Both the position numbers and the translations under genes were made by a program. A stretch of 63,725 nt of DNA, the filler included, from Candidatus Huberarchaeum crystalense (GTDB lineage Archaea > Huberarchaeota > Huberarchaeia > Huberarchaeales > Huberarchaeaceae): the NCBI GenBank assembly GCA_002790315.1. It is 5 parts of 5 records of this genome, joined end to end, with 100 filler letters (N's around TTAATTAATTAA, not from the genome) between each part and the next. Parts side by side here need not be neighbours in the genome. Positions count along the whole stretch, not along the records: positions 1 to 28,882 come from PFUW01000016.1; 4 more parts are not named here. One strand, given 5' to 3'. Each line of letters begins with the position of its first letter. The first letter of the stretch is position 1. Positions 18,305 to 28,982 of the stretch are shown here, piece after piece. The notes below the pieces were generated by a model that did not search any database, had not been told where the DNA came from, and was given only the letters and a program-made list of their open reading frames with translations.

Positions 18305-20992
18305 TTATAATCCTTCTGTGCTGCAAGGTGTTCCTATTATTGCTTGTTGTTGCTTCACTTCATCTACTTTAACAACAACATAATTTTGCGACGCCAAGTT
18401 TTGTGACTGGTTCATAACTTTAAAGATTTTTTTCTTACACTCATCAAACCCCCCACTACAAGGATTAATAGTTACATCTAACCCTGCGCAATAACCTTCT
18501 TCCTCTCCACCACCTTCTTCCTCTCCACCACCTTCTTCACAATATTTACCCCCTATATCGCATTCAATTGCTGTAGAAGGATTATTCACAAATGGCGCGC
18601 TAATAGAAATAGTGCCTGAACCTGTTAAATTTGAAAATGCTGTATTAGCATTAGAATAACTAATACTTCCTGCTTGTGGATTTTCTAAATTGCCTGTATC
18701 CCATCTTTTAAAAGTCACGGTTTGACAAGACACACTATCTACACAATCTACTTTTGCAAGTGTAGGGGGTTCTATAGTAGAAACACTATAAGTAAAATTA
18801 TATTTTTCTTTTGCACTCTTTTCTGTTTCTTTATTAGCAGTACACAAATATTTTTGTTCAATCCTTCCAGGCAGACCCTTTTCATCTCCTGCAATATAAG
18901 TTTTAATTGCAGTATAATTTTCAAAATGATTGCTGCTTACATCATCTCCTGCTAAAACACAAGTATAACACTTTTGGTTATCCCCAATACCTTCACAATC
19001 CCACTTTATAATTATTGTTGTTGTTAGATCTGTAAATATTTCAACCCCTGCTGTATCCTTATTATAAAGAACAAATACTTTTTTGTCAACAGTTCCATCT
19101 TTTACTTCTTCTTTTTTGTTTATCGCAATTTTCTTTACAACAAGTTCATCTTCATTTGTTTCTTTACAGTTAATTTCAACATACGGCCGGCCTGTACCTG
19201 TTTTACCAGATCCTGTTCCACCATAAAGTTTTAATAGTTTTCTAACTATACCCCCATCTGTTGTATAGTCGCAGTAAAAATCACCATCTTTTTTTTTAAT
19301 ATTTAGTAATTTAGCTCTATCTTCAAATTTAACATCTTTACCAGTTTGTTTTATTAAATTGCAGGAAACAGATAATTTACAATAATCTGATTCTGGGTTT
19401 TTTATACAATCTGCTAAGTTAATTTCAGTTGTGTTTATGCAGTTCCCACCAAATAATTCATTTGTTTCTATATTAACGCAGTCCATACCTTCTTCTTCAG
19501 TATTAAGAACCCCTTTGCAAGCGTATTTTTTTTCAGATAGTTCTACCTGTGCTATATAATCATCACTACAATAACAATTAATATTATATGCCATTGGATC
19601 TAAAAGCATGCTTACATACTTTTTACAGTCTTCATCTTTTCCAATAGCCGAATCTAAGTTTTTTTCAAAGTTTTGCTCAATAAAAACATTTTGGTGCGCC
19701 ATATAAGCAGAATATCCTGCTGCGCAAGCATCATGCGTTATTGCCTTTTTCGGAGGTTCGCATCCTGAAACTGCACTTACTATTGTATTAAATATATCAA
19801 AATCTGATTGAAATTTTACTATGTCTGCTTGTAATTTTTCTCCTGATACTTCTACATTACACGAATGAAAAGATAAATTTACAACAGTTCCACAATCATA
19901 TGCTGCGTATTTGTAAAGCTCACTTCCTACACCCATTCGCACAACCCCTCCTGCTCCATATCCTGGTAAAAGGACTTTTCTTAATTTATAAGGATGAAGG
20001 TCTTTTCCTGTAAGTAAAACCCCCTCGTGCTTAAATATACCTGCCTCTCTAAATCCTCTGTCTTCAATCCTAAAAAGCAATTCTTTTTTTCCTCCTTTTA
20101 CAGTATAACCATTTATTGCCTTTCCATAAAGACCTTTGCCGAGCAAAGCATCTCCTCTTAATTGTATACCTAATGCTTCCATCCCTTTTACAAATGTTGT
20201 GGGTTTGTTTAAGTTATAAACCACCTCTCTACCTCCTCCGCCCTCAATTTTAAGTTCCCCCCCTTGTTTAAAATACTGTAATCCTTTTGCTTCTGCTTTT
20301 GCTATGTTTGATTTTAATCCAGATATAATATATTTATTTATAATTATTTCATTTATTAGTTTTTGTGTTGCTGGAACCTTTCCAACAGCAGAAGTAGCCC
20401 CACCTTTGATGAATTTAGGAGTTAATTTTCCTATAACAGCAGATCCTCCGCGCGCAACAACACTCGCTGATTTTGTAATAACACTTATATGTAATATCTT
20501 CCCTATAAATTTTGCTCCAACGATTACTGGCTTAGCAACCCAACTAATAGGAACAAACCACATAGCAAGACTAATACCAACCATTGCAGGATCACAAGTC
20601 CAACTACCATCTTCAATTTTGCCAAGCATAATTGTTGCTGAATCAGAGGAAATGGGCGCGCAATAATCACCCCGAGGAAGCTTGTCTTGGTAAAATATCG
20701 CGCAAACTGACGTTGTTCCATCATCTTTACTCATTCCAATATACACCTCACTTACTGTGTTTGGAAAATTGTATTGCTTATTCTGGGGTGGAAGCCCTGC
20801 AGCATAACTACTGTGATGAAAACTACTGATGTCTGCTGCTAAATTATCTATTTTTTGAACAGCCACTATACCTTTCCAAAATATTAAAAAATTTGGCAGT
20901 ACAACAATAATAAGAAACAATGCCAACATAAATAATACTAATTTAAAAATACCTTCTATTGAAAAATCTAACCCTCCTTTCTTGTTTAGCAT
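18305..20992 (-). CDS. 895-aa Cys-rich surface protein with class III (prepilin) signal peptide
   Basis: MLNKKG/GLDFSIEGIFKLVLFMLALFLII N-terminus; many paired Cys; acidic GGGEEE repeats near the C-terminus. Confidence 0.75.
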   Translation of the reverse strand: MLNKKGGLDFSIEGIFKLVLFMLALFLIIVVLPNFLIFWKGIVAVQKIDNLAADISSFHHSSYAAGLPPQNKQYNFPNTVSEVYIGMSKDDGTTSVCAIFYQDKLPRGDYCAPISSDSATIMLGKIEDGSWTCDPAMVGISLAMWFVPISWVAKPVIVGAKFIGKILHISVITKSASVVARGGSAVIGKLTPKFIKGGATSAVGKVPATQKLINEIIINKYIISGLKSNIAKAEAKGLQYFKQGGELKIEGGGGREVVYNLNKPTTFVKGMEALGIQLRGDALLGKGLYGKAINGYTVKGGKKELLFRIEDRGFREAGIFKHEGVLLTGKDLHPYKLRKVLLPGYGAGGVVRMGVGSELYKYAAYDCGTVVNLSFHSCNVEVSGEKLQADIVKFQSDFDIFNTIVSAVSGCEPPKKAITHDACAAGYSAYMAHQNVFIEQNFEKNLDSAIGKDEDCKKYVSMLLDPMAYNINCYCSDDYIAQVELSEKKYACKGVLNTEEEGMDCVNIETNELFGGNCINTTEINLADCIKNPESDYCKLSVSCNLIKQTGKDVKFEDRAKLLNIKKKDGDFYCDYTTDGGIVRKLLKLYGGTGSGKTGTGRPYVEINCKETNEDELVVKKIAINKKEEVKDGTVDKKVFVLYNKDTAGVEIFTDLTTTIIIKWDCEGIGDNQKCYTCVLAGDDVSSNHFENYTAIKTYIAGDEKGLPGRIEQKYLCTANKETEKSAKEKYNFTYSVSTIEPPTLAKVDCVDSVSCQTVTFKRWDTGNLENPQAGSISYSNANTAFSNLTGSGTISISAPFVNNPSTAIECDIGGKYCEEGGGEEEGGGEEEGYCAGLDVTINPCSGGFDECKKKIFKVMNQSQNLASQNYVVVKVDEVKQQQAIIGTPCSTEGL

Positions 20993-21057
20993 ATATTGTT
21001 TAGTATATTAAACTCCTCATAATGCTTTATTATAAAATATTGTTTTACAAATATTTT

Positions 21058-21492
21058 ATGGGGTTTGATTTGTTCAAAAAAGAAGAAAAAAAAGAAGACG
21101 AAAATATTGCTTTATTTAGCAGACAAATTTCTGATGTGTCGCGGCGTTTGATGCTCTTAGAATCGCGCATAAAAGCCATAAGCGACAAGCAAAACGAATT
21201 AAGCAAAACTATATTTGAGCAAACTAATTCGCTTGAAAAACAGCTCGCTGTCTTAACTGAACAAGCAAAATCAAATAGATCAAAAACAAATATACTTGAG
21301 CAAAAACAAAATTATTTAGAAAAGTATCTTCATATTTTAGCGCCAAAAACTGATATGATGGTGCTGCGCGCAAAAATAAATCTACTCAATCCAATGTATT
21401 TAATAAGCAAAGAAGAAATTAAAATGATGATAAATGAAAAGATAGCAAACCAAGAGAAAATAGACGCACATCAGCAAACAAAGAGCGAATAG
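21058..21492 (+). CDS. coiled-coil hypothetical protein
   Basis: MGFDLFKK start; heptad pattern through RRLMLLESRIKAISDKQNEL. Confidence 0.65.
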   Translation: MGFDLFKKEEKKEDENIALFSRQISDVSRRLMLLESRIKAISDKQNELSKTIFEQTNSLEKQLAVLTEQAKSNRSKTNILEQKQNYLEKYLHILAPKTDMMVLRAKINLLNPMYLISKEEIKMMINEKIANQEKIDAHQQTKSE

Positions 21493-21621
21493 CCAACAAA
21501 ACAATGAGCAACAAATCAAAAGCTTTGACAATTTTATAAATAAAAACTATCTCAAAAACAACAATTATTAAACCAATAAATAAAAACTATCTCAAAAACA
21601 ACAATTATTANNNNNNNNNNN

Positions 21622-21980
21622 ATTAGGTGTGTTTTTGGAACTACTAATAATAATGAGTTTTGAAGAACAACCATGTCTCCGCCAGTTACTTCTGCGGTTT
21701 TCTTTATTCTATCGATTGCGCGCTTAAGATCCTCGAACTTTTCTTGTTGAATTTGCACAATATCAATAAGTAAAATTGTCTTTCCATCTCTGAATAAATT
21801 TATAACATTTTGAGTATCATTATAGCTCTTTAATTGATCGTAAATTATTCGGTACTTTCCCGCGCGCTTAATATCTCGGGTAAGTTCCTGGCCCTCATCT
21901 AAAGTTTGAGCAATATTTTCAGCGTCAACATATTCTTCTTCTCTTTTTTTATTTCCAAAGAGCATTTCTATTATTCCCAT
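21622..21980 (-). CDS. sepF: cell division protein SepF (3' end in gap)
   Basis: LKSYNDTQNVINLFRDGKTILLIDI...LKRAIDRIKKTAEVTGGDM...LLVVP. Confidence 0.88.
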
Positions 21981-22174
21981 AATGTATTTAGTAAGTAGTT
22001 TAAAAACCCTATATTTAAAGAAACCAAATACAAAGATATTCTTCGTTAAGACCTATAAAAAATATATATTTTCATAAATTACAAAACAAAAAAACAATAT
22101 ATAGAAATTAACAGTACGATTTTTGTTGTGCGATTTGTATATGTAAATAAACTACAAAAGCACACAAAAATCTA

Positions 22175-22618
22175 CTAACGATAAGATTTTTGCTGTTTTT
22201 TTGCTCTTGCTTTGTATCCAAAATGCCTTGGTTGTTTAGCGCGCACGTCAGAAATAAATAAATATCGAGCATACTTGCTATAAATTTCTTTAAGTTGCTT
22301 TGCTTCGATGGTTGGAATAGATTTAAGCAAAAGTTGGCCTATTGCTGTGCGAGCTGCCTGAGCTTGCCCCATAACACCACCTCCAACAACAGACACATAT
22401 ATATCTTTATCTTTTAAAAAATTATCTACAATCTCTCTGCCAACAAATATTGGTTCTAAAATTATTTTAGATATAATCTTTGGAGTTAAACTCTCAGCAA
22501 GTACATTGTTGACAATTACTTTTCCTGAACCCTTTTTCAAATAAGTGCGCGATACTGCTGATTTTCGTTTTCCAGTTCCTATATTTGTTTTTGTTTTTTT
22601 AGAGTGTTTAGCAATCAT
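22175..22618 (-). CDS. rps9: 30S ribosomal protein uS9
   Basis: GKRKSAVSR, GSGKVIVN, GGGVMGQAQAAR, C-terminal QKSYR. Confidence 0.96.
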   Translation of the reverse strand: MIAKHSKKTKTNIGTGKRKSAVSRTYLKKGSGKVIVNNVLAESLTPKIISKIILEPIFVGREIVDNFLKDKDIYVSVVGGGVMGQAQAARTAIGQLLLKSIPTIEAKQLKEIYSKYARYLFISDVRAKQPRHFGYKARAKKQQKSYR

Positions 22619-22619
22619 T

Positions 22620-22754
22620 TTATAGCGCCTTTAGTTTGAGCAAACGTCGCTTTCGCTTTCTCGCTCTGATTCTTTTTTTGAGCCATTTCCATCGCATTTG
22701 TCTTCTTTTGCCTTTTCGCACATTTTTCTTCCATTTTCGCGGTTTTGCCTTCAT
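22620..22754 (-). CDS. rpl41e: ribosomal protein eL41 (eS32) (not in ORF track)
   Basis: Hand translation MKAKPRKWKKNVRKGKRRQMRWKWLKKRIRARKRKRRLLKLKAL; MRWKWxKKRIR motif; lies between rps24e and rps9. Confidence 0.88.
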   Translation of the reverse strand: MKAKPRKWKKNVRKGKRRQMRWKWLKKRIRARKRKRRLLKLKAL

Positions 22755-23188
22755 TTTGTGCTTATATTTGCAATAGTTTTGGTTGTTTGTTGAATGTCAT
22801 TTGTTTTTTTGTTATCTTCATCAATAGTATTTTGTTGAATGTCATTTGTTTTTTTGTTATCTTTATTAATAGTATTTTGTTGAATGTTGTTTGGCTTTTC
22901 ATTATCTTTAATTTTATTTCTGGTTTTTATATAATCTTGCTCTGTTTGTTTAAGCGCATCTAAGGAAACATAATAATATAAAGTAGATAGCAAAGTACTC
23001 TGTCCAAAGTGTGTTTCCACTTTTCTCACAAGTAATTGCTCTTTTATCAAAGAGCTATCATTTGCAAGCAGATGATCAATAATACTTTGCTTTGACGGAA
23101 TTGGCTCTCCTTTAAAAAATGCTTTAATTTCAATTTTTTCTCTTTTAAGATTTGGTTCTTTTACTCTTGAAATAATATCTAATTTCAT
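22751..23188 (-). CDS. rps24e: 30S ribosomal protein eS24 with a repetitive C-terminal tail
   Basis: LKREKI, PSKQSI, VETHFG, YVSLDALKQTE; tail of 15-aa NDIQQNTIDEDNKKT-type repeats. Confidence 0.8.
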   Translation of the reverse strand: MKLDIISRVKEPNLKREKIEIKAFFKGEPIPSKQSIIDHLLANDSSLIKEQLLVRKVETHFGQSTLLSTLYYYVSLDALKQTEQDYIKTRNKIKDNEKPNNIQQNTINKDNKKTNDIQQNTIDEDNKKTNDIQQTTKTIANISTK

Positions 23189-23385
23189 TTTGCTACCCTT
23201 AATGCATATTCACCTTTTAAACTTGCGTGAATAATTTGAGCAAATACAGATTTAGATGCATCAATAATAAATAAATATCCTTCAAAATCAGATGTTAATT
23301 CCCGACCTCCACAACCCGGACAAATCTTTTCAGAAACAAGCCGCTTGCAACTTTTGCATGCTTTAACTGCAACTATCTTATTCAT
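23185..23385 (-). CDS. spt4: transcription elongation factor Spt4 (RpoE'')
   Basis: KACKSCKRLV...CPGCG...TSDFEG...GEYALRV. Confidence 0.93.
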   Translation of the reverse strand: MNKIVAVKACKSCKRLVSEKICPGCGGRELTSDFEGYLFIIDASKSVFAQIIHASLKGEYALRVAK

Positions 23386-23767
23386 TTTTTACCTCTAACA
23401 AAACACCATTAAGCACTGGTTGTTGCCCTGGTCTGCTTGTAATTTTTACATCCCCTAAATCTGTTTCAACTATTGCTCCTTTTGTAAGAATCTTATTTTT
23501 TAACAACTTAGGATTAGCTTTGTTGTCAACAAACGCAATTATTTTTGCTTTTTTATATGTTTTATTTTTTAAAAGAACATTGACTTCATCTATTGATTTT
23601 ATCTTAATTTTTAAATTATCTCCGCGCACTTGCTGTTTTTTTAATAATTTGCGCTCTATGATCGTAGAAATTGGCGGGCGTCCTGTGCGCGCTTTTTTCT
23701 TTTTGCTGTGTGGTTTGTACTTTTTTCCTGTTTCAGTTCTCCCTTGGCGACCTTGATAAATTACCAT
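23378..23767 (-). CDS. rps8e: 30S ribosomal protein eS8 (start moved to MVIYQG)
   Basis: ILTKGAIVETDLG...ITSRPGQQPVLNGVL. Confidence 0.95.
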   Translation of the reverse strand: MVIYQGRQGRTETGKKYKPHSKKKKARTGRPPISTIIERKLLKKQQVRGDNLKIKIKSIDEVNVLLKNKTYKKAKIIAFVDNKANPKLLKNKILTKGAIVETDLGDVKITSRPGQQPVLNGVLLEVKNE

Positions 23768-23774
23768 ATATTTT

Positions 23775-24197
23775 TTAAGAAGAGACAACTTTTTGTTTGC
23801 TTGAATTATCAAGAACTTCATTTACTAGCGCATCTGCTTCGCTGTTCTCTGCGCGCGGAATATGCAAAAACACAATATTTTTGAATCTGCCACCTATTTG
23901 CATAACTTTAAAATACAATTCTTTAAGATCATGATTTTTAACTCTATATTCTTTTGTTAATTGCTTAACTATAAGTTCGCTGTCTAAAAAGCATTTAATT
24001 TGCGTTGCTCCTAATCCTTTCGCTGCTTCTAAACCCTCAATCAATGCCAAATATTCTGCTTGGTTGTTGGTCTTTATGCCAAAGAAAAATCCATTTTTAA
24101 AAATAATCTTGCCTTCCTTATCTCTAATGATAACACCACCTGCTGCTGGTCCTGGATTTCTGCGCGCCCCCCCATCTGTAAAAATAGATATTTCCAT
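23775..24197 (-). CDS. rnhA: ribonuclease HI (start moved to MEISIF)
   Basis: FTDGGARRNPGPA, TNNQAEYLAL, DSELIVKQ, HIPRAENSEADAL. Confidence 0.95.
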   Translation of the reverse strand: MEISIFTDGGARRNPGPAAGGVIIRDKEGKIIFKNGFFFGIKTNNQAEYLALIEGLEAAKGLGATQIKCFLDSELIVKQLTKEYRVKNHDLKELYFKVMQIGGRFKNIVFLHIPRAENSEADALVNEVLDNSSKQKVVSS

Positions 24198-24260
24198 ACA
24201 TTTTTTATTTAAATTTTGAAATTGTTGGGGTAGAAAATTGTAATTTTGCTTAAATAATAT

Positions 24261-24404
24261 ATGGAAAGTGAGCAAATTATTTTATTAATTATTGTAGTAG
24301 TATTTTTGGTTCTGGCCGCACTCTTTATATTTGGCAATCTTGGCAGCTCTTTTATTAATTCACTAAAAGATATGTTTGGTGGCCTATTTCCTGGAAGCAA
24401 CTAA
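24261..24404 (+). CDS. 47-aa pilin-like membrane peptide (not in ORF track)
   Basis: MESEQIILLIIVVVFLVLAALFIFGNLGSSFINSLKDMFGGLFPGSN. Confidence 0.6.
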   Translation: MESEQIILLIIVVVFLVLAALFIFGNLGSSFINSLKDMFGGLFPGSN

Positions 24405-24451
24405 AATGATTAAATATAAAATAACTAATAAAATTCTGCACGGAGAAACAA

Positions 24452-26008
24452 ATGGTGCAATATGAAACAATAGCAAAGCTATTTCTTGCTGTTTTGCTGC
24501 TTACTATATTATTTTATATTAGTATAGTTGTTCTTGGTGTGTGGAAACCTGTTATGCCTTGGTCAGAATATATTGAAAAGTTTGCGATTATAGGATATAC
24601 TAATGAAAAATATATAGAGCCAGAAAAAGAATTTAAAATTATAGTTGAGCCAAACCCAGATCTAACAAAATATAAAAACAAAAACTACCTTGATTTGTGG
24701 ATATGTGTTGACAATGTTTATCAATATTATAAACCGCTTTATGTTGAGAAAAAGGCAGATTATGCTTTTGTAGAACAAGAAAAAAGAGATTCAAAGGGTA
24801 ACATTCATACTACAAATAAATTTCTATATATGAAAATTTTTGCAGGGGAGGAGGACGGAGAAGAATATAAAGATAAAAGTGAGAAAGATAAAATAATAAA
24901 CTATATTTTAAATATGAAAAAATATTCACAAAGTGGAGAGTGTTATTTTACAGTTCCACTTGGAGGCAAGGCTGAAGGCCATTATTATTATCCTTGCAAT
25001 GGAAATGATGGAAGCCCTATAATTAAAAAAATATCTTCATCAGAATACAATGAATATAGCCTAGCCTTATTTGCAAAGTGGCTTAGTGTTGATTTTTTTA
25101 GCAGAACAACTTTGGTAGAGGACTTTGATCGCAATTCTTCAATATCACCAAAGGATAATATTAAAGGTAAATGTTGGCCTGGAGATTGTGGAAAAAAATA
25201 TTTTGATGTTAATGATAGTGGAAAAAAATTTGATTGTGATACAGCATGCAAAGGAAATTCTATCTGTAATGATATATGTAATAAAATTCCATCAAAAATT
25301 GTTAGGGGTGATACACCAATATTGACTTCGCTTTCATATAAAGTAAACTCCTCAAGTGTTGATGACAGCCAATGCGTGCCTTATGATCCTGAAAAACAAC
25401 TTAATTTTAATATGATGCTAACAACAAAAGATAGCAGTGGAAGTAATATTCCACACGCAGAAGCATACAAACCTGTTTATGGACCAGTGTACATTTACTT
25501 TAGACTTTATGACAAAAAAAAAGATGAAATGACTCAATTATGGCCTATAAGTAAGGATTCAGCAATGTTAGTGACATCTGGCATGCCATATTCAAGAGAT
25601 ATGCCTACTGCTGGACTTATTCCAGGTATAATTCAATTCGCGCAAAAACGCGGGGAAAATGTTGTTCACCTTTTAGCTGCTATTCCTCACTCACCTTTTA
25701 ATAAAGATTTTGATGTGACAAAAAACTATATAACAGCAAAGTTGCCGTTTGTTGTTAGTAATAGTAACTCCCAAACCTTTAAAGATAATTTTGGAAACAA
25801 TTTAAGATATGGTAAAAAATATGATGATGTTTCTTACATATCTCCAATGTGTGCAACAGGTTTTGGTAGGTTTTGGTATTATTCTACGATGATGCGAATT
25901 CCGCCGAGTGTTATGGGACAAAGCTCAAATGATAATTTTATTAAAAGTGATGATGGCTGCAAACACGAGCAATGGCTTACTGAGGATGGGTATTATAATT
26001 TGTGGTAG
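24452..26008 (+). CDS. 518-aa membrane-anchored Cys-rich surface protein
   Basis: N-terminal hydrophobic helix MVQYETIAKLFLAVLLL; Cys cluster CDTACKGNSICNDICNK. Confidence 0.7.
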   Translation: MVQYETIAKLFLAVLLLTILFYISIVVLGVWKPVMPWSEYIEKFAIIGYTNEKYIEPEKEFKIIVEPNPDLTKYKNKNYLDLWICVDNVYQYYKPLYVEKKADYAFVEQEKRDSKGNIHTTNKFLYMKIFAGEEDGEEYKDKSEKDKIINYILNMKKYSQSGECYFTVPLGGKAEGHYYYPCNGNDGSPIIKKISSSEYNEYSLALFAKWLSVDFFSRTTLVEDFDRNSSISPKDNIKGKCWPGDCGKKYFDVNDSGKKFDCDTACKGNSICNDICNKIPSKIVRGDTPILTSLSYKVNSSSVDDSQCVPYDPEKQLNFNMMLTTKDSSGSNIPHAEAYKPVYGPVYIYFRLYDKKKDEMTQLWPISKDSAMLVTSGMPYSRDMPTAGLIPGIIQFAQKRGENVVHLLAAIPHSPFNKDFDVTKNYITAKLPFVVSNSNSQTFKDNFGNNLRYGKKYDDVSYISPMCATGFGRFWYYSTMMRIPPSVMGQSSNDNFIKSDDGCKHEQWLTEDGYYNLW

Positions 26009-26147
26009 ATTTAAGTTTTTTTGTAAATCAAAATAAAATAGAAATTGCTAAAAGGAGACGGATTTACTAAAAGCAATTGATAAATTTAAAAGTGCTAAAA
26101 TAAAGTAGAAACTAATTTTTAGAATTGTTGCAGGAAAAGTTAGATGT

Positions 26148-26951
26148 TTAAAGTGTGGGAGAATTTTGTGTGGTGCATTTTATAGGGGGGCCTACCCAAT
26201 AATTAATATCCTCATTACCCTCATTATCAAAATACATATACAAATCCCCATCTTCAACTTTAAATGGATTATCATCATCACCATTATCATCACCACCATC
26301 ACTTAATTCATTTGGATATATAGTAACACTTTCATCATTACCAATTTTATCCATAATATTTAAAACACCAGAGATAGAGGGTCCTCCTTTTATATAAACA
26401 TACTTCTTTAAAAAAAGCATATAATCTTGACTTCCCGGATCGGCTGTATTTATCTTTTTTTTCGTAAGATCTATTTCTCCACTCAAATGTTCAAGAAGAA
26501 GAACAGCACAATATATATTTGGTTTAAATGAAATATTACCTTCACTCCCTACAATTTGTACTTTTGGATATTTACCACAATACTTTACATCATTAAGGTT
26601 AGCAGTAAGTTTATTACTATCACTAGCAGTATAATTATTACTATCACCAACAGTATAATTATTACTATCACCAACAGTAGATACAATTTTAATTTTGTTT
26701 TGGCTAACATCAAACATATTATCATCACCACCAACACCACCTATCAACATTGCTCCTCCTATTGCAATCGTAGCAGCAGCAGTTTTATAGGGTGATAATC
26801 TCTTTTTTAGAGGTGTTACTATTTTTCCTATGTCTTCTAAATATACTAACAACCCCCCATAAAGCATATTAAGACGACAAAGTTCAGACATACGCTCTTC
26901 TTCTGTTTGTATTTTTTCTTGNNNNNNNNNNNNNNNNNNNNNNNNNNNCAT
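26148..26951 (-). CDS. hypothetical single-TM protein (gap near start)
   Basis: AAATIAIGGAMLIGG segment, TVGDSNNY repeats and D/N-rich C-terminus. Confidence 0.55.
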   Translation of the reverse strand: MXXXXXXXXXQEKIQTEEERMSELCRLNMLYGGLLVYLEDIGKIVTPLKKRLSPYKTAAATIAIGGAMLIGGVGGDDNMFDVSQNKIKIVSTVGDSNNYTVGDSNNYTASDSNKLTANLNDVKYCGKYPKVQIVGSEGNISFKPNIYCAVLLLEHLSGEIDLTKKKINTADPGSQDYMLFLKKYVYIKGGPSISGVLNIMDKIGNDESVTIYPNELSDGGDDNGDDDNPFKVEDGDLYMYFDNEGNEDINYWVGPPIKCTTQNSPTL

Positions 26952-26995
26952 AATATATTTATATAATTACTTTAAAAGGGATAAATTTTCTTTGT

Positions 26996-28882
26996 TTATC
27001 CATTTTTGAATATTTGAATGCAGCCATTGTCTGGTGTTGGTGTGAAAACCTCTTGCTCAGATCTATAATGATAGTTCCCATACCTACTTCTTATAGTATA
27101 AATATAAACTCTTTCTTGATTTTGTTGTTTATTTTCACTTAATATATCTGGATTATTTATCTTTTTACGTATAGTTGTGGTTGTGCCTTTGGTTGTAATT
27201 ATGTGGGGATAAGATATTTCTTCTAATTTATACCCTATAAGTTCTAAGCCACTCAAAAATAACTCATCTTTTTTCCAGGAAACAGTATATTGCTCGCCGA
27301 CCTTAGCAGCTCCACATCCAAAGTTGATGCTCACACACCCCAAACTTTCTTCAGATTCGCAGTTGTTTACAGAATCACATTTTTTAAGTGTGAAGCAATG
27401 TACTCCTTTTGCTAAATAGTTAAAGGTTTTGTTGTTGTCTGAAATAGAATTTATTGTGTAATCAGTTGAATATATTTTTTTGTCACTACTAATAAAAGTA
27501 TCTGTAAGTATATATTTATCCGTATTATTGTCTGCAGTCCAACTTACAGAGTAGTTTTTGTCATTGATTGCTTGAATATTTTGGCAAGTACCCCAAAAAG
27601 GTGTTAATGNNNNNNNNNNNNNNNNNNNNNTGCTCGTTTGTAATTGTAAAGCCAACTTCATCTGAATCATCCATTGCTAAAATATCTTCTGCGTCAATAA
27701 TTCCATTATTATTTAAATCAGGCAACACCTTATATTCTCCTTCTGGAAGATCATTTGTGCAAAATACAACACTCTTAAATGTTCCTTTTTTGTCAACCTG
27801 TGCTTGTACTGATTGCGAAACATTCAAGCAATTTTCGCCAGAGCAAATATTGGTTCCTACACTAACATTTGTGTTTGGAATTATATAAAGAGTTATGTTT
27901 GTATCATTTACAGCAAGCCCGTCACCGTTAATATATATCTTTTCACCTTGCTTAAAGTCATCTTTTGAATCTCCTTTTTTGTCTGCTGCCCAAACAGGAT
28001 CAACCTTGAAACCAAAAGAAGTAAGTCCATTTACTGCTTCACCTATTTCGTATTTTCCGTCCTGGTTTTCATCAACTACTATATCAAAGGGTGTTGTTCC
28101 TTTTTTTGAAATTTTATAAATCTCATACCAATGCGGAAGAGTCCATATAAGAGTATTTGGAATGTTTCCTTCACTATCAGTTGTCACATTAATTGGATTA
28201 ACCATACTAAACTGTTGAATCTCTGTTCCATTAACCCAAGCATTATTATCAGTAACAATATAAATAGTAACCTTTTTGTTTGGTTCAAAACCATAGCCTT
28301 TTACATACACTTTTTGATAAGAATAATAAACCTTTTTTTCTAATCCATTAGAATGTGTAGAGAATATTGTTTTCACAACAACAGCATGACATTTATTATC
28401 TGTTCCACAATAAAATGATGAATCCTCGCTCTTACAAGAGAACTTTGGGCCACTTTCACAATCAAGATAGGTATCACATTCCCATCCTATGGGTTTGCAT
28501 TTATTAGATTGTGAACATGTTTTATGACACTTCTTGTTAACATTTGTTGTAATACCGCTTTCACAATCTACAACACTTACACAATTACCACTCACACACA
28601 TATAATTTGCTCCGCAAGCAATATCATCTGTTTCTTTCTCTTGAATGTTGCCGTTAGCATCGCAGTAATGAGTTGAATTGATTTCTGTGTTTGGTGTGCA
28701 TGTTGTGCATCCTTCGTCAATTTCACCATTGCAGTTATTATCTAAATTGTCGCCGCAAATCTCTGTTTCACTATAATCAGATCCATAATCACAAATATCC
28801 CATACTCCTTGTGTGCATGTTTGTTGTGCTCCTGCGCAAACTCCTTGTTGTAGTGGGCAATCTTGTGTTTGTCCTGTTATGC
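26996..28882 (-). CDS. large Cys-rich surface protein (partial, gapped) with a MopE-type metal-binding motif and Ig/FN3-like repeats
   Basis: The frame stays open upstream of the listed ORF to the scaffold end (EICGDNLDNNCNGEIDEGC); duplicated KVYVKGYGF/KIYINGDGL modules with DxNxDG motifs; YSVSW/YTVSW modules after the gap. Confidence 0.65.
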
Positions 28883-28982
28883 NNNNNNNNNNNNNNNNNN
28901 NNNNNNNNNNNNNNNNNNNNNNNNNNTTAATTAATTAANNNNNNNNNNNNNNNNNNNNNNNNNNNNNNNNNNNNNNNNNNNN
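28883..28982. other. artificial scaffold linker N44-TTAATTAATTAA-N44
   Basis: Six-frame-stop 12-mer flanked by 44 Ns on each side. Confidence 0.97.

Noticed and set aside
19197-19230. Walker A-like LYGGTGSGKT in the 895-aa protein
   Set aside because: It lies in a Cys-rich, apparently extracellular region with no recognisable Walker B or P-loop fold context; probably chance.
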